This document shows, piece by piece, positions 15,621 to 24,221 of a stretch of 39,237 nt of DNA. Both the position numbers and the translations under genes were made by a program. The DNA lies in contig QNCG01000002.1 in assembly GCA_003644445.1 (NCBI GenBank), forward strand, positions 1 through 39,237. The letters run 5' to 3'. The stretch is from Candidatus Omnitrophota bacterium. Lineage in GTDB: Bacteria; Omnitrophota; Gorgyraeia; Duberdicusellales; Duberdicusellaceae. The notes beneath the pieces are model-generated. The model was not told the DNA's origin. It did not search any database and saw nothing but the letters and a program-made list of their open reading frames with translations. Numbering within the stretch: position 1 is the first letter of the stretch; every line of letters begins with the position of its first letter.

Positions 15621-16622
15621 CTAACAAATACGGGGAAGTTGTTCTGACTCTAAAGGAAGTAAAATCCTGGCTGAGCCTAAAATAGTTTTTAAATAAACTT
15701 TCTTGGGGTGAGATGAGACTACCTTTCCAATAATTCTGGCTTCTTTACCTAAGGCTTTTTTTACCTTGTAGGCGTCTTTTTTACCAACAAAACATATAAA
15801 CTTTCCTTCGTTAGCAATATACAAAGGGTCAAATCCCAAAATATCGCACATCTTCTTAACTTCTTTTTTAATGGGGATAGCTTCCTCATAAACCTCAATC
15901 CCCAAATCAGAACTTTCAGCTATCTCTGATAAAGCTGTAGCTAAACCTCCCCGGGTAGGGTCTCTGAGAACACTTATCTTTTTAGAAACCTCTAAACATT
16001 TTTGAACCTGCAAATTCAGATTTTTACAGTCACTCTTAATCTTAGAGATAAACCCTAAATTTTGCCGGGCAGATAAAACCGCTAAACCGTGCTCAGCTAT
16101 TGGACCATTTATTATTATTAAATCGCCAGGCTTTGCTTTTGAACTTATTCTGATATCCTGGGAAAAAATAACCCCAACCCCTGCTGTATTTATAAACAGT
16201 TCATCTGCCTCTCTCTTGCCTACTACTTTGGTGTCTCCACAAACTATTTTAACTTTAGCCTTTTTAGCCCAGAAACTTACTGAATCAATAACTCTTTCTA
16301 AAACTGAAAAAGAAAGGCCTTCCTCAATAATTAAAGACAAAGAAAGATATAAAGGAACAGCTCCCTTCATAGCCAAATCATTAACAGTGCCACAAACTGC
16401 TAACTTCCCGATATCTCCTCCAGGAAAAAATAAAGGTTTAACTACAAAGGAATCAGTAGTAAAGGCTATTCTCTCTTCTTTCAGATTAAGCTCAGCAGAA
16501 TCACAAAGTTCGTCTAATATCTTATTAGAAAACTTTTTTCGCAAACTTTCTATAAGTTCGGAAGTTAACTTTCCTCCACTCCCGTAAGATAAGGTTATAA
16601 AATTGTCTTTAAGCTTACTCAT
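15621..16622 (-). CDS. hypE: Hydrogenase maturation protein HypE
   Basis: It has a PurM-like fold and ends in the invariant PRIC. I chose the start at M28 of the track ORF (MSKLKDNFITLSYGSGGK), which overlaps the hypD stop by 8 nt. Confidence 0.93.
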   Translation of the reverse strand: MSKLKDNFITLSYGSGGKLTSELIESLRKKFSNKILDELCDSAELNLKEERIAFTTDSFVVKPLFFPGGDIGKLAVCGTVNDLAMKGAVPLYLSLSLIIEEGLSFSVLERVIDSVSFWAKKAKVKIVCGDTKVVGKREADELFINTAGVGVIFSQDIRISSKAKPGDLIIINGPIAEHGLAVLSARQNLGFISKIKSDCKNLNLQVQKCLEVSKKISVLRDPTRGGLATALSEIAESSDLGIEVYEEAIPIKKEVKKMCDILGFDPLYIANEGKFICFVGKKDAYKVKKALGKEARIIGKVVSSHPKKVYLKTILGSARILLPLESEQLPRIC

Positions 16623-17667
16623 ACTTATAATAAGCTGAACAGGCTCCTTCAGAAGAAACCATACACGGCCCCACGGGCTTTTGAGGAGTGCAAACTTTTC
16701 CAAACAGTTTACAATCTGAAGGTTTAAACTTCCCTTTAAGAATTTCCCCGCAGATACAACCTTTTAATTCATAAGAACTTTTAACTTCTCTCAGTTTAAA
16801 TTCTTCTTCAGCAGAAAACCCTTTAAACTCTTCTCTAAGAACTAATCCACTCTTTTTAATAAGGCCTAAACCCCGCCAAAAAGAATCATTCACCTTAAAT
16901 ACTTTCTTTATCAATTCTTTAGCTTTAGTGTTCCCTCCAGATTTAACTGCTCTTTTATAGGCAATCTCTACTCTGGAAACTTTCTTCTTCTTCTGCCTTA
17001 CCAGCTTAATAATCCCTTCTATTATGTCCTCAGCTTCAAAGCCGGTAATTACACAAGGTTTTTTGTATTTTTTGGAAATAACCTCATAGGGCTTTGAGCC
17101 AGTAATTACACTCACATGCCCCGGACAAATAAAACCATCTATATTTAAGTCTTTAGCTTTAGAGAGAAATTCTAAAGCTGGAAAGATAAGTTTAAATAAA
17201 GGAAGAACAAAAAAATTTTTAATTTTTTTTCTTTTTGCAGTCAAAATTACTGAAGCTATTAAAGGAGAAGTAGTCTCAAATCCTACGCCCAGAAATACTA
17301 TCTTCTTATGGGGATTATCTTCAGCCATCTTTAAGGCATCTAAAGGAGAGTAAACTACCCTTATATCTCTGCCCTGGGCTTTTTCTCTCTCTAGGCTCCC
17401 TAATCGGGAAGGAACTCTTAGCATATCCCCAAAGGTAGTAATAATTGCATTTTTCTTCCGGGCTAAAAGTATTGTCTTGTCAATATCAGCTTGAGAAGTC
17501 ACACAGACCGGACACCCTGGTCCGGAAATCAATCTTATATTTTCTCTTAGAATCTTCCTTAACCCCCAGCGAGAAATAGCTACAGTGTGAGTACCACAAA
17601 CTTCCATAAAAGTAAAAACTTCAGTCTCTTTTACTGTCCCTGCAGAAGTAAGAGAATTACTTCTCAT
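16615..17667 (-). CDS. hypD: Hydrogenase maturation protein HypD
   Basis: It carries MEVCGTHT, GPGCPVCV and FETT motifs and a C-terminal Cys cluster. It overlaps hypC by 11 nt. Confidence 0.93.
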   Translation of the reverse strand: MRSNSLTSAGTVKETEVFTFMEVCGTHTVAISRWGLRKILRENIRLISGPGCPVCVTSQADIDKTILLARKKNAIITTFGDMLRVPSRLGSLEREKAQGRDIRVVYSPLDALKMAEDNPHKKIVFLGVGFETTSPLIASVILTAKRKKIKNFFVLPLFKLIFPALEFLSKAKDLNIDGFICPGHVSVITGSKPYEVISKKYKKPCVITGFEAEDIIEGIIKLVRQKKKKVSRVEIAYKRAVKSGGNTKAKELIKKVFKVNDSFWRGLGLIKKSGLVLREEFKGFSAEEEFKLREVKSSYELKGCICGEILKGKFKPSDCKLFGKVCTPQKPVGPCMVSSEGACSAYYKYE

Positions 17668-17890
17668 CTTCTTTCAAAACCTCTTTTAATTCCTCAATTA
17701 ACTTAAGAGTTTCTTGGGCAGATTTTTTTTCTACTTTACCAATAGCAAAACCAGCATGGACTAAAACATAATCTCCTATTCTTGCCTTTTCTATCAAGCC
17801 TAAAGAGACTTCCCTTAGCACTCCTCCAAAATCTACTAAGGCTTTATCCTTCTCTATCTTCTTAATTTTTCCGGGAACTGCCAAACACAT
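17657..17890 (-). CDS. hypC: Hydrogenase maturation chaperone HypC
   Basis: It has the N-terminal MCLAVPGKI with the essential Cys2, and is 77 aa long. Confidence 0.93.
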   Translation of the reverse strand: MCLAVPGKIKKIEKDKALVDFGGVLREVSLGLIEKARIGDYVLVHAGFAIGKVEKKSAQETLKLIEELKEVLKEDEK

Positions 17891-17919
17891 TTGATTAATC
17901 TGGTTGTACTCTCTTCTAT

Positions 17920-18990
17920 TTATTGATAAGGTCTGGCTAAATAGTATTGCCCTAAGGCTATATTTAAGTCGTTTACCGGGTAATCCTGGTTAATGAAGAC
18001 TTTAAACCCCTGAGAAGCCAAATCTTTTAAAACTTTTTTTCTTAAAAAATTATTCTGAAACACCCCTCCAGTTAAACCTACATTTTGAGTATTATACTCT
18101 GAGGACAAAATCTCTACAACCTTTAAAACTATACCGGTTAGAGAATTGTGGAATTTTGTAGCTATAACTTCTTTAGGGGTTTTCTTTTTTATATCCTTTA
18201 AAATCTCTAAAAATAAAAATTGGCTATCTATTATAAAAGTATTATCTTTCTTATCTATCTTAAATTTATAAACTCTGTCTATTTCTTCTTTACAGAGCTT
18301 CTCTAATTTCACTGCAGCTTCTGCCTCATAAGAAGAATAAACACACACTCCTAACAAAGCCGATAATCCGTCAAATAATCTACCCACTGAAGAAGTAAGG
18401 GGAGTATTGATACTTTTAGAAACCATCTCTAAAATTAATTTTTTTTCTCTGGTTTTAACCTTGTTCAAAAAAGGCAAGGATTTTTCTCCTAAAATACTTA
18501 GAGCTATTCTCCAGGGTTCAGACATTACTCTTTCACCTCCGGGCATCTTAATGTAGTTAAAATAAGCTAACCTAATAAATTTCTTACCTTTGGCTAAGAT
18601 AAACTCCCCTCCCCAGATGTTGTGGTCTAGGCCAAAACCTGTCCCGTCAAAACAAACCCCGATTAAAGGAGAGCTTATCTTCTTCTCCAGAATTAAGCTT
18701 CCCAAATGAGCAAAATGGTGCTGAACTTTTATAAGTCGGACCTTAAAGGATTTTTTAATTAAATAATTGAAAACTTCTTCAGCCAATAGGGAAGAAAAAT
18801 ACCCCGGATGCAAATCACAGGCAATTATCTGAGGAGGATCCCTTCTTATAATCTTATATACTGAATTCTTTAAACTGTTATAATTCTCAACTAAAGATAA
18901 GTCTCCTAAGACAGGCCCAAAATAAAATTTTTTATCTTTAGCTAAAAGAAATCTGTTCTTTATATCGGCACCTAAAGCTAAAACCACCAT
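17920..18990 (-). CDS. hypF: Truncated HypF: Kae1-like carbamoyltransferase domain only (356 aa)
   Basis: MVVLALGADIKNRFLL...GPVLGDL...ACDLHPGYFSS matches the C-terminal half of HypF. No acylphosphatase, Zn-finger or YrdC-like sequence is present. I chose the start at M45 of the track ORF because the upstream part overlaps hypA. Confidence 0.8.
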   Translation of the reverse strand: MVVLALGADIKNRFLLAKDKKFYFGPVLGDLSLVENYNSLKNSVYKIIRRDPPQIIACDLHPGYFSSLLAEEVFNYLIKKSFKVRLIKVQHHFAHLGSLILEKKISSPLIGVCFDGTGFGLDHNIWGGEFILAKGKKFIRLAYFNYIKMPGGERVMSEPWRIALSILGEKSLPFLNKVKTREKKLILEMVSKSINTPLTSSVGRLFDGLSALLGVCVYSSYEAEAAVKLEKLCKEEIDRVYKFKIDKKDNTFIIDSQFLFLEILKDIKKKTPKEVIATKFHNSLTGIVLKVVEILSSEYNTQNVGLTGGVFQNNFLRKKVLKDLASQGFKVFINQDYPVNDLNIALGQYYLARPYQ

Positions 18991-18993
18991 ATT

Positions 18994-19032
18994 AGTTCTT
19001 TTGTTCAATTGTACTTTTGTTCTTTTGTTTAG
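18994..19032. repeat. 24-nt-period repeat, core TGTTCTTTTGTT (plus strand), between hypA and hypF
   Basis: AGTTCTTTTGTTCAA (18994..19008) and TGTTCTTTTGTTTAG (19018..19032). The 15-nt string TTTTGTTCTTTTGTT (19015..19029) also occurs at 23508..23522. Confidence 0.6.
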
Positions 19033-19037
19033 TAGTT

Positions 19038-19379
19038 CTATTGTGAACTGATTTCTATACTCTCTATGTAGACTTTGTCTCCCTTTACTATCTGAATATC
19101 TTTTAAACCACAGAAGGGACAATTTAGAGAATTTACTTCAGTTAAATCTTTCTTACAAGATTTACACCTTAGTAAAATATCTTCATCTAAAAGTTCTAAT
19201 TCTAAAAAATTAAGTCCATTCTCAGGAAAAATATGGTCTAAAAAACTATGCCTTAAAAATTCTTTATCTATACCGGAAGCTTTGCCTACCCTTATCTTAA
19301 TCTTTCTCAGTTTGGAGAGATTATCTACCTTATTCTTAATAACCTCCCATAAATCCTTAGCCAGAGTTAACTCGTGCAT
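19038..19379 (-). CDS. hypA: Hydrogenase nickel-insertion protein HypA
   Basis: It starts MHELTLA and has the zinc site CKSC...CPFC, in 113 aa. Confidence 0.9.
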   Translation of the reverse strand: MHELTLAKDLWEVIKNKVDNLSKLRKIKIRVGKASGIDKEFLRHSFLDHIFPENGLNFLELELLDEDILLRCKSCKKDLTEVNSLNCPFCGLKDIQIVKGDKVYIESIEISSQ

Positions 19380-19405
19380 CTTAGATTGTAATTAGATTAC
19401 AAAAA

Positions 19406-20008
19406 TTAAGAAGTAAAAACTGCTTCTCTCCTACAAACAGGACAAAGAATTCTGAAACGGTCTGAACGCAAAATCTCCGGGGTAGATTTGGGGAGAGTCT
19501 CAGCTATAAAAATTTCTTTCTGCTTAAAAGAAATCAAACTGGTATTAGAAACATAGAGAGGTCCCAGCTTATTAATAACCCACCGGTAATGGTCAATACA
19601 GGCCACAGGCTTACCACAAACTTCACAACAAACTAACGCCTTCTCAATCTCTTGAAATAAACTCTTTCTTTCTTCAGTTGCCGATAAATCGTACTCATTA
19701 GATAATACTATACCTTCAGAAGTCAAACAATTAAGCTGACACTGTCCACACTCAATACAGATATCCCATCTTATCTTAAGAACCCTCTTAAACCCAGAAT
19801 CTGTCTTAATATCCTTAAAGCTCAAAGCTCCGGTAGGGCAAACATTTACACAGGCACTACACCCTACACACTTATCTTTATCAAAATAGGGCTTACCCCG
19901 AAAAGATTTAAAAGGTATATGGGGCCTAAAAGGGAACTTAGTAGTATAAGGTTTAGTTATTAAAGCCTTTACCGCAGTAATTATTTCTCTTATCTTAGGT
20001 AATCTCAT
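19406..20008 (-). CDS. NuoI/MbhN/HycF-like 2x[4Fe-4S] subunit with an extra C-terminal Cys-rich tail
   Basis: It has CVGCSACVNVCP and CIECGQCQLNC, plus CCEVCGKPVAC and CPVCRRE. It is the last gene of the hydrogenase/Mrp operon. Confidence 0.75.
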   Translation of the reverse strand: MRLPKIREIITAVKALITKPYTTKFPFRPHIPFKSFRGKPYFDKDKCVGCSACVNVCPTGALSFKDIKTDSGFKRVLKIRWDICIECGQCQLNCLTSEGIVLSNEYDLSATEERKSLFQEIEKALVCCEVCGKPVACIDHYRWVINKLGPLYVSNTSLISFKQKEIFIAETLPKSTPEILRSDRFRILCPVCRREAVFTS

Positions 20009-20022
20009 TAGGTTATGCTCCC

Positions 20023-20340
20023 TTAATTTTGGTAGTCGTCACAAACACTTCCCTCCCACAATTTTACCCCTGCTTTATGGGAACTCCGGGCTAAAGCATG
20101 GGCTGAAACTGGGGAAGTAAGGAGTAAAAATACTATACAGAGTAAAGCCTTTATCCCTCCAGGAGAAAAACCTAAAATTAAAAATACTCCAAATAAGAGA
20201 CTGCAGGTGCCAAAAGTAACACACTTAGTAGCTGCCTGAAGCCTATTATAAACATCAGGAAGTCTAACTAAACCTAAACACCCAAAAAGGTCAAAAACCA
20301 GCCCTATTCCAATAAATACAATACCTATTACCTCAAGCAT
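20023..20340 (-). CDS. mnhG: Mrp/Mnh antiporter subunit G-like (MbhC-like)
   Basis: GLVRLPDVYNRLQAATK is the MnhG signature. It has three TM segments. Confidence 0.85.
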   Translation of the reverse strand: MLEVIGIVFIGIGLVFDLFGCLGLVRLPDVYNRLQAATKCVTFGTCSLLFGVFLILGFSPGGIKALLCIVFLLLTSPVSAHALARSSHKAGVKLWEGSVCDDYQN

Positions 20341-20348
20341 ACCTTCTC

Positions 20349-20723
20349 CTACTCATCAAAATGTTTCCCTTCTAAAAATTTTGCCAAAGCTAATGTAGAG
20401 ATAAAACTCTGCAAAGCCCAGGCAATCCCAATATCCATATACCAGTTTCTCCTGGTAGATATACTTAAAACTGCACAGAAACCTATAATTAAAATACCTA
20501 ACATATCAATACTAACAATCCTGTCAGAAGCAGTAGAGCCTCTTAAAACCCTATACAAACACAAAAAAGCACTTAAGAGCAAAATCCCTACAGCTCTTCG
20601 GAAAACCCCTAACAAGGGAAATTGAGGATAAATAAGAGAAGGCAAAGGGCTAAAAAGAATTATCCCTAAGATTATGGAGATTACAATTAGGCCTAAAATA
20701 TAAGTAAGTAACTTCTTCTTCAT
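20349..20723 (-). CDS. mnhF: Mrp/Mnh antiporter subunit F-like (MbhB-like)
   Basis: RVLRGSTASDRIVSIDMLG resembles the MrpF motif. It is a small polytopic protein in the expected operon position. Confidence 0.75.
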   Translation of the reverse strand: MKKKLLTYILGLIVISIILGIILFSPLPSLIYPQFPLLGVFRRAVGILLLSAFLCLYRVLRGSTASDRIVSIDMLGILIIGFCAVLSISTRRNWYMDIGIAWALQSFISTLALAKFLEGKHFDE

Positions 20724-21214
20724 TCAAAAATCTTGGTTAGTATTTTCTCAAATCTTCTTACTATTATCTGGGTTGCCTTTTGGACATCCTTACTCTTAAC
20801 ATCTATCCAATGCACATACAAAAGCCCATTTTCTTTATCTACATCTACAGTCAAAGTCCCGGGAGTTAAAGTAATAGAGTTAGCCAAAAAAGTTAAACCC
20901 GTCTCAGATTTTAAAGAAGTAGTAACCTTTACTATCCCCGGCTTTATTGGTAGTGAAGGCCTGATTACTCTTAAAGCTACATCCACATTTGCCTTAAAAC
21001 ATTCCCAGATAAATACTGGGATATAAATTAGAAACCAAAAATACCTTTGAAGATGTTTAAAAATGTGCGGTCTCTTAGTAAATAAATCTCCGGTCATAAA
21101 AGAAACAAATAAAGAAACTAACCCTCCTACTAAAAGATTTTCCCAACTTAGAGAAAAAGTAAGTAATAACCAGACTAAAAAAGCCAAGATAAAAAGGATA
21201 AATCTACCGGACAT
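20720..21214 (-). CDS. mnhE: Mrp/Mnh antiporter subunit E-like (MbhA-like)
   Basis: ANVDVALRVIRPSLPIKPGIV is the MnhE-type motif. It overlaps the downstream gene by 4 nt. Confidence 0.8.
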   Translation of the reverse strand: MSGRFILFILAFLVWLLLTFSLSWENLLVGGLVSLFVSFMTGDLFTKRPHIFKHLQRYFWFLIYIPVFIWECFKANVDVALRVIRPSLPIKPGIVKVTTSLKSETGLTFLANSITLTPGTLTVDVDKENGLLYVHWIDVKSKDVQKATQIIVRRFEKILTKIFE

Positions 21215-22706
21215 TTTCTACAAAGTCATTTATAGTTGAATAATTCTTTGCTTCTAACAAAGTTTTCTGAGCAGGCCCTAAGAAAAAATTAGAAAACTTA
21301 TTTAAAAATAAAAATGAACTCAAAATACACAACAAAGAAAGACTAAGCATAGCTAATTTCATAAAAAAAGGAACTTCCTTAATTTCTCTATTTTCTGTGT
21401 GTTCTGTAGAGAAAGAGTATCTATAAACCTTCATAAAGGAAGCTAAAGTAAGAATACTTCCTACTATAGCCCAGAAAGCATAACCAAAAAAACCTGCTTT
21501 AATACAGGAAAAAATAACTATAAGTTTACTAAAAAACCCATTAAAAGGAGGAATCCCTGAAATACTTAAAGAAGCAATCAAAGTAGTTAAAGAAGTAAAA
21601 GGCATCTTACTTCTTAAACCTAAGTCTTTAATCTTAAGAAGCTGGCGGCTACCTGTAGAATATTCAACTGCTCCTGAATTTAAAAATAATAAAGACTTAA
21701 ATAGAGAATGGTTAAAAAGATGAAATAATCCGCCCAAGATACCCAAAGGCGTGCCTAAACCTATGCCCAAAATTATATAGCCAACCTGACTTATAGAATG
21801 ATAGGCTAAAAGCCTCTTAAAATCCCATTGCCCTATAGCTAAAACTACGCCCACCATTATGGATACTGTCCCTAAAAACATCAAAGGAAGAGAAAATAAT
21901 TCCTTAAGCCCTAAAACATTGTAAATCACCCTCACTAAACTATAAATACCTAAAGACTTTATAAGAAGCCCTGATAAACTCGCAGATATAGGGGCAGGGG
22001 CTGAAGGATGAGCATCAGGAAGCCAGGCGTGAAAAGGAACTATACTTGCCTTTAAACCAAATCCCATAAAAAACAATATACCCGCAAACACTACTACCTT
22101 ATTTAAAGAACCTCCCAGAGTTTTAGCTATATCAGCCATATTCAAAGTAGAAGTAAAAGAGTAAATTATCCCAATCCCTAAAAGAATAAATAGAGAAGCC
22201 ACACTACTCATAATAGCATACTTAAAAGAGGCCTCTAGTTCTTCCTTTTCCGTTCCAAAAGCTACCAGAGCATAACTTGCTACTGAGGCAAGCTCTAAAA
22301 AGACAAAGAGATTAAATAAATCTCCGGTAGCTACTACTCCATTCATTCCGGCTAACATAAGAAGAAAGAGGGTGTAGAATTTTTCTTTAGAAGTATATTT
22401 CTCCATATAATTTATAGAATATAAGGAGATGAAGAAACTAACCAGGCAAACTGTAAGTAATAAAAGACTGCTTAACCCGTCTAAAACTAAAGTTATCCCC
22501 AAAGGAGGCCTCCAGCCTCCCACCTTATAGATTAAAACACCGTATTTATTAACTAAAAATAAAGAGAGGAAAGAAATAACTGATAAAGAGAAGGTAATTA
22601 ATAAAGAAAGAATATCGGAAACCTTAGTATTCTTCCTTACAAAGAGAGAATTCAAAAATGCTCCCAATAAAGGCAAAACTATAAATAGAGGGATTAACTG
22701 ACTCAT
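21204..22706 (-). CDS. mnhD: Antiporter-like subunit MrpD/NuoN-M family (500 aa)
   Basis: It is a ~14-TM proton-conducting transporter with HAWLPDAHPSAPAPISA and FHLFNHSLFKSLLFL motifs. Confidence 0.88.
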   Translation of the reverse strand: MSQLIPLFIVLPLLGAFLNSLFVRKNTKVSDILSLLITFSLSVISFLSLFLVNKYGVLIYKVGGWRPPLGITLVLDGLSSLLLLTVCLVSFFISLYSINYMEKYTSKEKFYTLFLLMLAGMNGVVATGDLFNLFVFLELASVASYALVAFGTEKEELEASFKYAIMSSVASLFILLGIGIIYSFTSTLNMADIAKTLGGSLNKVVVFAGILFFMGFGLKASIVPFHAWLPDAHPSAPAPISASLSGLLIKSLGIYSLVRVIYNVLGLKELFSLPLMFLGTVSIMVGVVLAIGQWDFKRLLAYHSISQVGYIILGIGLGTPLGILGGLFHLFNHSLFKSLLFLNSGAVEYSTGSRQLLKIKDLGLRSKMPFTSLTTLIASLSISGIPPFNGFFSKLIVIFSCIKAGFFGYAFWAIVGSILTLASFMKVYRYSFSTEHTENREIKEVPFFMKLAMLSLSLLCILSSFLFLNKFSNFFLGPAQKTLLEAKNYSTINDFVENVR

Positions 22707-22708
22707 TT

Positions 22709-23047
22709 TTAGCCTTTTAGCTGATTTATCTTGGTAATATCAAAAGTCTTATATTTTTCATAAATTCTTATAGCTAAACCTACCAACAAAGCTGTAACCG
22801 CTAAACCTATAACTATAGAAGTTAAAACCAAGGCCTGAGGCAAGGGGTCAACCATATTTTTAACCTCTTGCCCAGGTGAATAAATGGGGGCTCTCCCATC
22901 TTTTCTATAAGCAATAAGTATCAAAAATAAGTTAACTGCATACTCACAAATAATAGTGCCAATAATTATCTTAATTAAATTCCTTTTTCTTAAGATAGCG
23001 TATAAACCCACTACAAAAAGTATAAAGCAAAGAAAATATACTCTCAT
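22709..23047 (-). CDS. mnhC: MrpC/NuoK-like subunit
   Basis: The 112-aa, 3-TM protein sits between the MrpB- and MrpD-like genes. Confidence 0.85.
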   Translation of the reverse strand: MRVYFLCFILFVVGLYAILRKRNLIKIIIGTIICEYAVNLFLILIAYRKDGRAPIYSPGQEVKNMVDPLPQALVLTSIVIGLAVTALLVGLAIRIYEKYKTFDITKINQLKG

Positions 23048-23553
23048 TGTTTATCCTTATCTTTTATTACTCTTAAGAGAACTAAAAACACAAATATAGC
23101 AAATAATCCACTGCTCACCTTTATCCCAATAGCAATATTATACAAGGGGATATTCCCTGCAGAAAAAAGATTAAAGGGAGCACCTTTATCTACAAAGAAG
23201 TCTAAAAAGAAATAGCCAGCTAAAAAACCTAAAATAGCAATCCCCAAAAATAGAGTAGCCCCCAACCCTTCAAAAAAAGTTATGTATTCTGAAGAAAATC
23301 TCTTTAATACCTCTTCTTTACCAAAAGCTAACATAAGGTGGATAAAAGATAAAGCAATGATTACTCCTCCAGCAAAACCTCCACCCGGAGAGATATGGCC
23401 GTGTAAAACAATATAAATACCGTAAAGGAGAATCAATCCTACGGTTAAACGGGTTATAGTCTTGACAATCAGGCTCATCCCTTTAGATTCTGTTTGTTCT
23501 AAAGTATTTTTGTTCTTTTGTTCTGAAGTATTATTGTTTTTCTGTTCTAACAT
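23044..23553 (-). CDS. mnhB: MrpB/MnhB-domain subunit (MbhF-like); start uncertain
   Basis: The conserved core starts at MSLIVKTITRL...LHGHISPGGGFAGG (ATG 23478). An upstream in-frame ATG at 23553 has an AGGAGG 13 nt away and would add a repetitive EQKN(N/K)NT tail. The GTG at 23622 has no SD. Confidence 0.7.
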   Translation of the reverse strand: MLEQKNNNTSEQKNKNTLEQTESKGMSLIVKTITRLTVGLILLYGIYIVLHGHISPGGGFAGGVIIALSFIHLMLAFGKEEVLKRFSSEYITFFEGLGATLFLGIAILGFLAGYFFLDFFVDKGAPFNLFSAGNIPLYNIAIGIKVSSGLFAIFVFLVLLRVIKDKDKQ

Positions 23554-23556
23554 TTT
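23496..23556. repeat. Tandem 24-nt repeat, about 2.5 copies
   Basis: GTTCTAAAGTATTTTTGTTCTTTT / GTTCTGAAGTATTATTGTTTTTCT / GTTCTAACATTTT on the plus strand. Units 1 and 2 are 20/24 identical. Confidence 0.75.
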
Positions 23557-23703
23557 GCGCTCTTTTCCTCCTAATGGGTTATGCCATATATCACCCCATT
23601 CAACTTCCTTGCTTCCTGCCACACTGTAAGGTCTTCAAACTTCTCTATCTTCATCAACTAAACAAAAACAACAGCCGAACTAAAGAACTAATGAACTTTA
23701 CTT

Positions 23704-24219
23704 CTACTTTCTCCCAATTTTCCTCACTACAGCTAAGACTCCAATAACTGCAGTAAATAAAACTGTGGCTTCTCCTAAAGTATCGTAAGCTCTGAAATTA
23801 AGGATAATTGAGGTTACTAAATTCGTAGCCTTAGTGAGATTTTTTCCCTGGTTAAGATAAAATTCAGATACCCTCATTAAAGGCTGACCAAACGAAGGAA
23901 GTTCTTTTAAGATAAAATAACTTAAAAACAAGAATGCTCCCAAAAAAACAAAAGTTACAGTAGTATTAAAATACCACCTTCCCGAAGTAGAAAAAGGAAG
24001 GTCTCTCCTTAGAGTTGCCCGGATTAAGATTATTAAACACAAGATTTCTACTACCAACTGGGTAATGGCTAAATCAGGAGCCTTCAAAAACAAGAAAGCT
24101 AAAGAAAGCCCTAAACCTGAAATTCCTACTGCCACCACTGAGGAAAGCATATCCTTGGTTTCAATAGCTATAATTGCTCCTAAAATCATAAAGATTATTA
24201 AAAATTCTAACTCTAACAT
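23704..24219 (-). CDS. MbhD/MbhE-like (MrpA C-terminal-like) membrane subunit
   Basis: PDLAITQLVVE is a DUF4040/MbhD-type motif. NFRAYDTLGEATVLF is a MnhB-related motif. Both lie in one 171-aa polytopic protein. Confidence 0.75.
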   Translation of the reverse strand: MLELEFLIIFMILGAIIAIETKDMLSSVVAVGISGLGLSLAFLFLKAPDLAITQLVVEILCLIILIRATLRRDLPFSTSGRWYFNTTVTFVFLGAFLFLSYFILKELPSFGQPLMRVSEFYLNQGKNLTKATNLVTSIILNFRAYDTLGEATVLFTAVIGVLAVVRKIGRK

Positions 24220-24221
24220 AG

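Noticed and set aside
16623-16703. A 27-aa N-terminal extension of HypE
   Set aside because: It lies entirely inside the hypD coding region. Starting at 16622 gives a normal 333-aa HypE with the usual hypD/hypE overlap.
18991-19122. A 44-aa N-terminal extension of the HypF ORF
   Set aside because: It overlaps the well-supported 3' end of hypA by 85 nt in another frame, and the remainder is the nucleotide-level repeat. Homology to HypF begins at MVVLALGA.
19388-19404. The inverted repeat TTGTAAT-TAG-ATTACAA between the NuoI-like gene and hypA
   Set aside because: The stem is 7 bp and entirely A/T, with a 3-nt loop, in a 26-nt gap. It could modulate hypA translation, but such palindromes are expected by chance in AT-rich spacers.
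23496-23556. CRISPR-like or minisatellite interpretation of the 24-nt repeats
   Set aside because: There are only about 2.5 contiguous copies, no unique spacers between them and no cas genes. This is not a CRISPR array.
23554-23622. A GTG-initiated start of the MrpB-like ORF at 23622
   Set aside because: There is no SD and no homology in that segment. ATG 23553 (with an SD 13 nt upstream) or ATG 23478 (the start of the conserved core) is more plausible.
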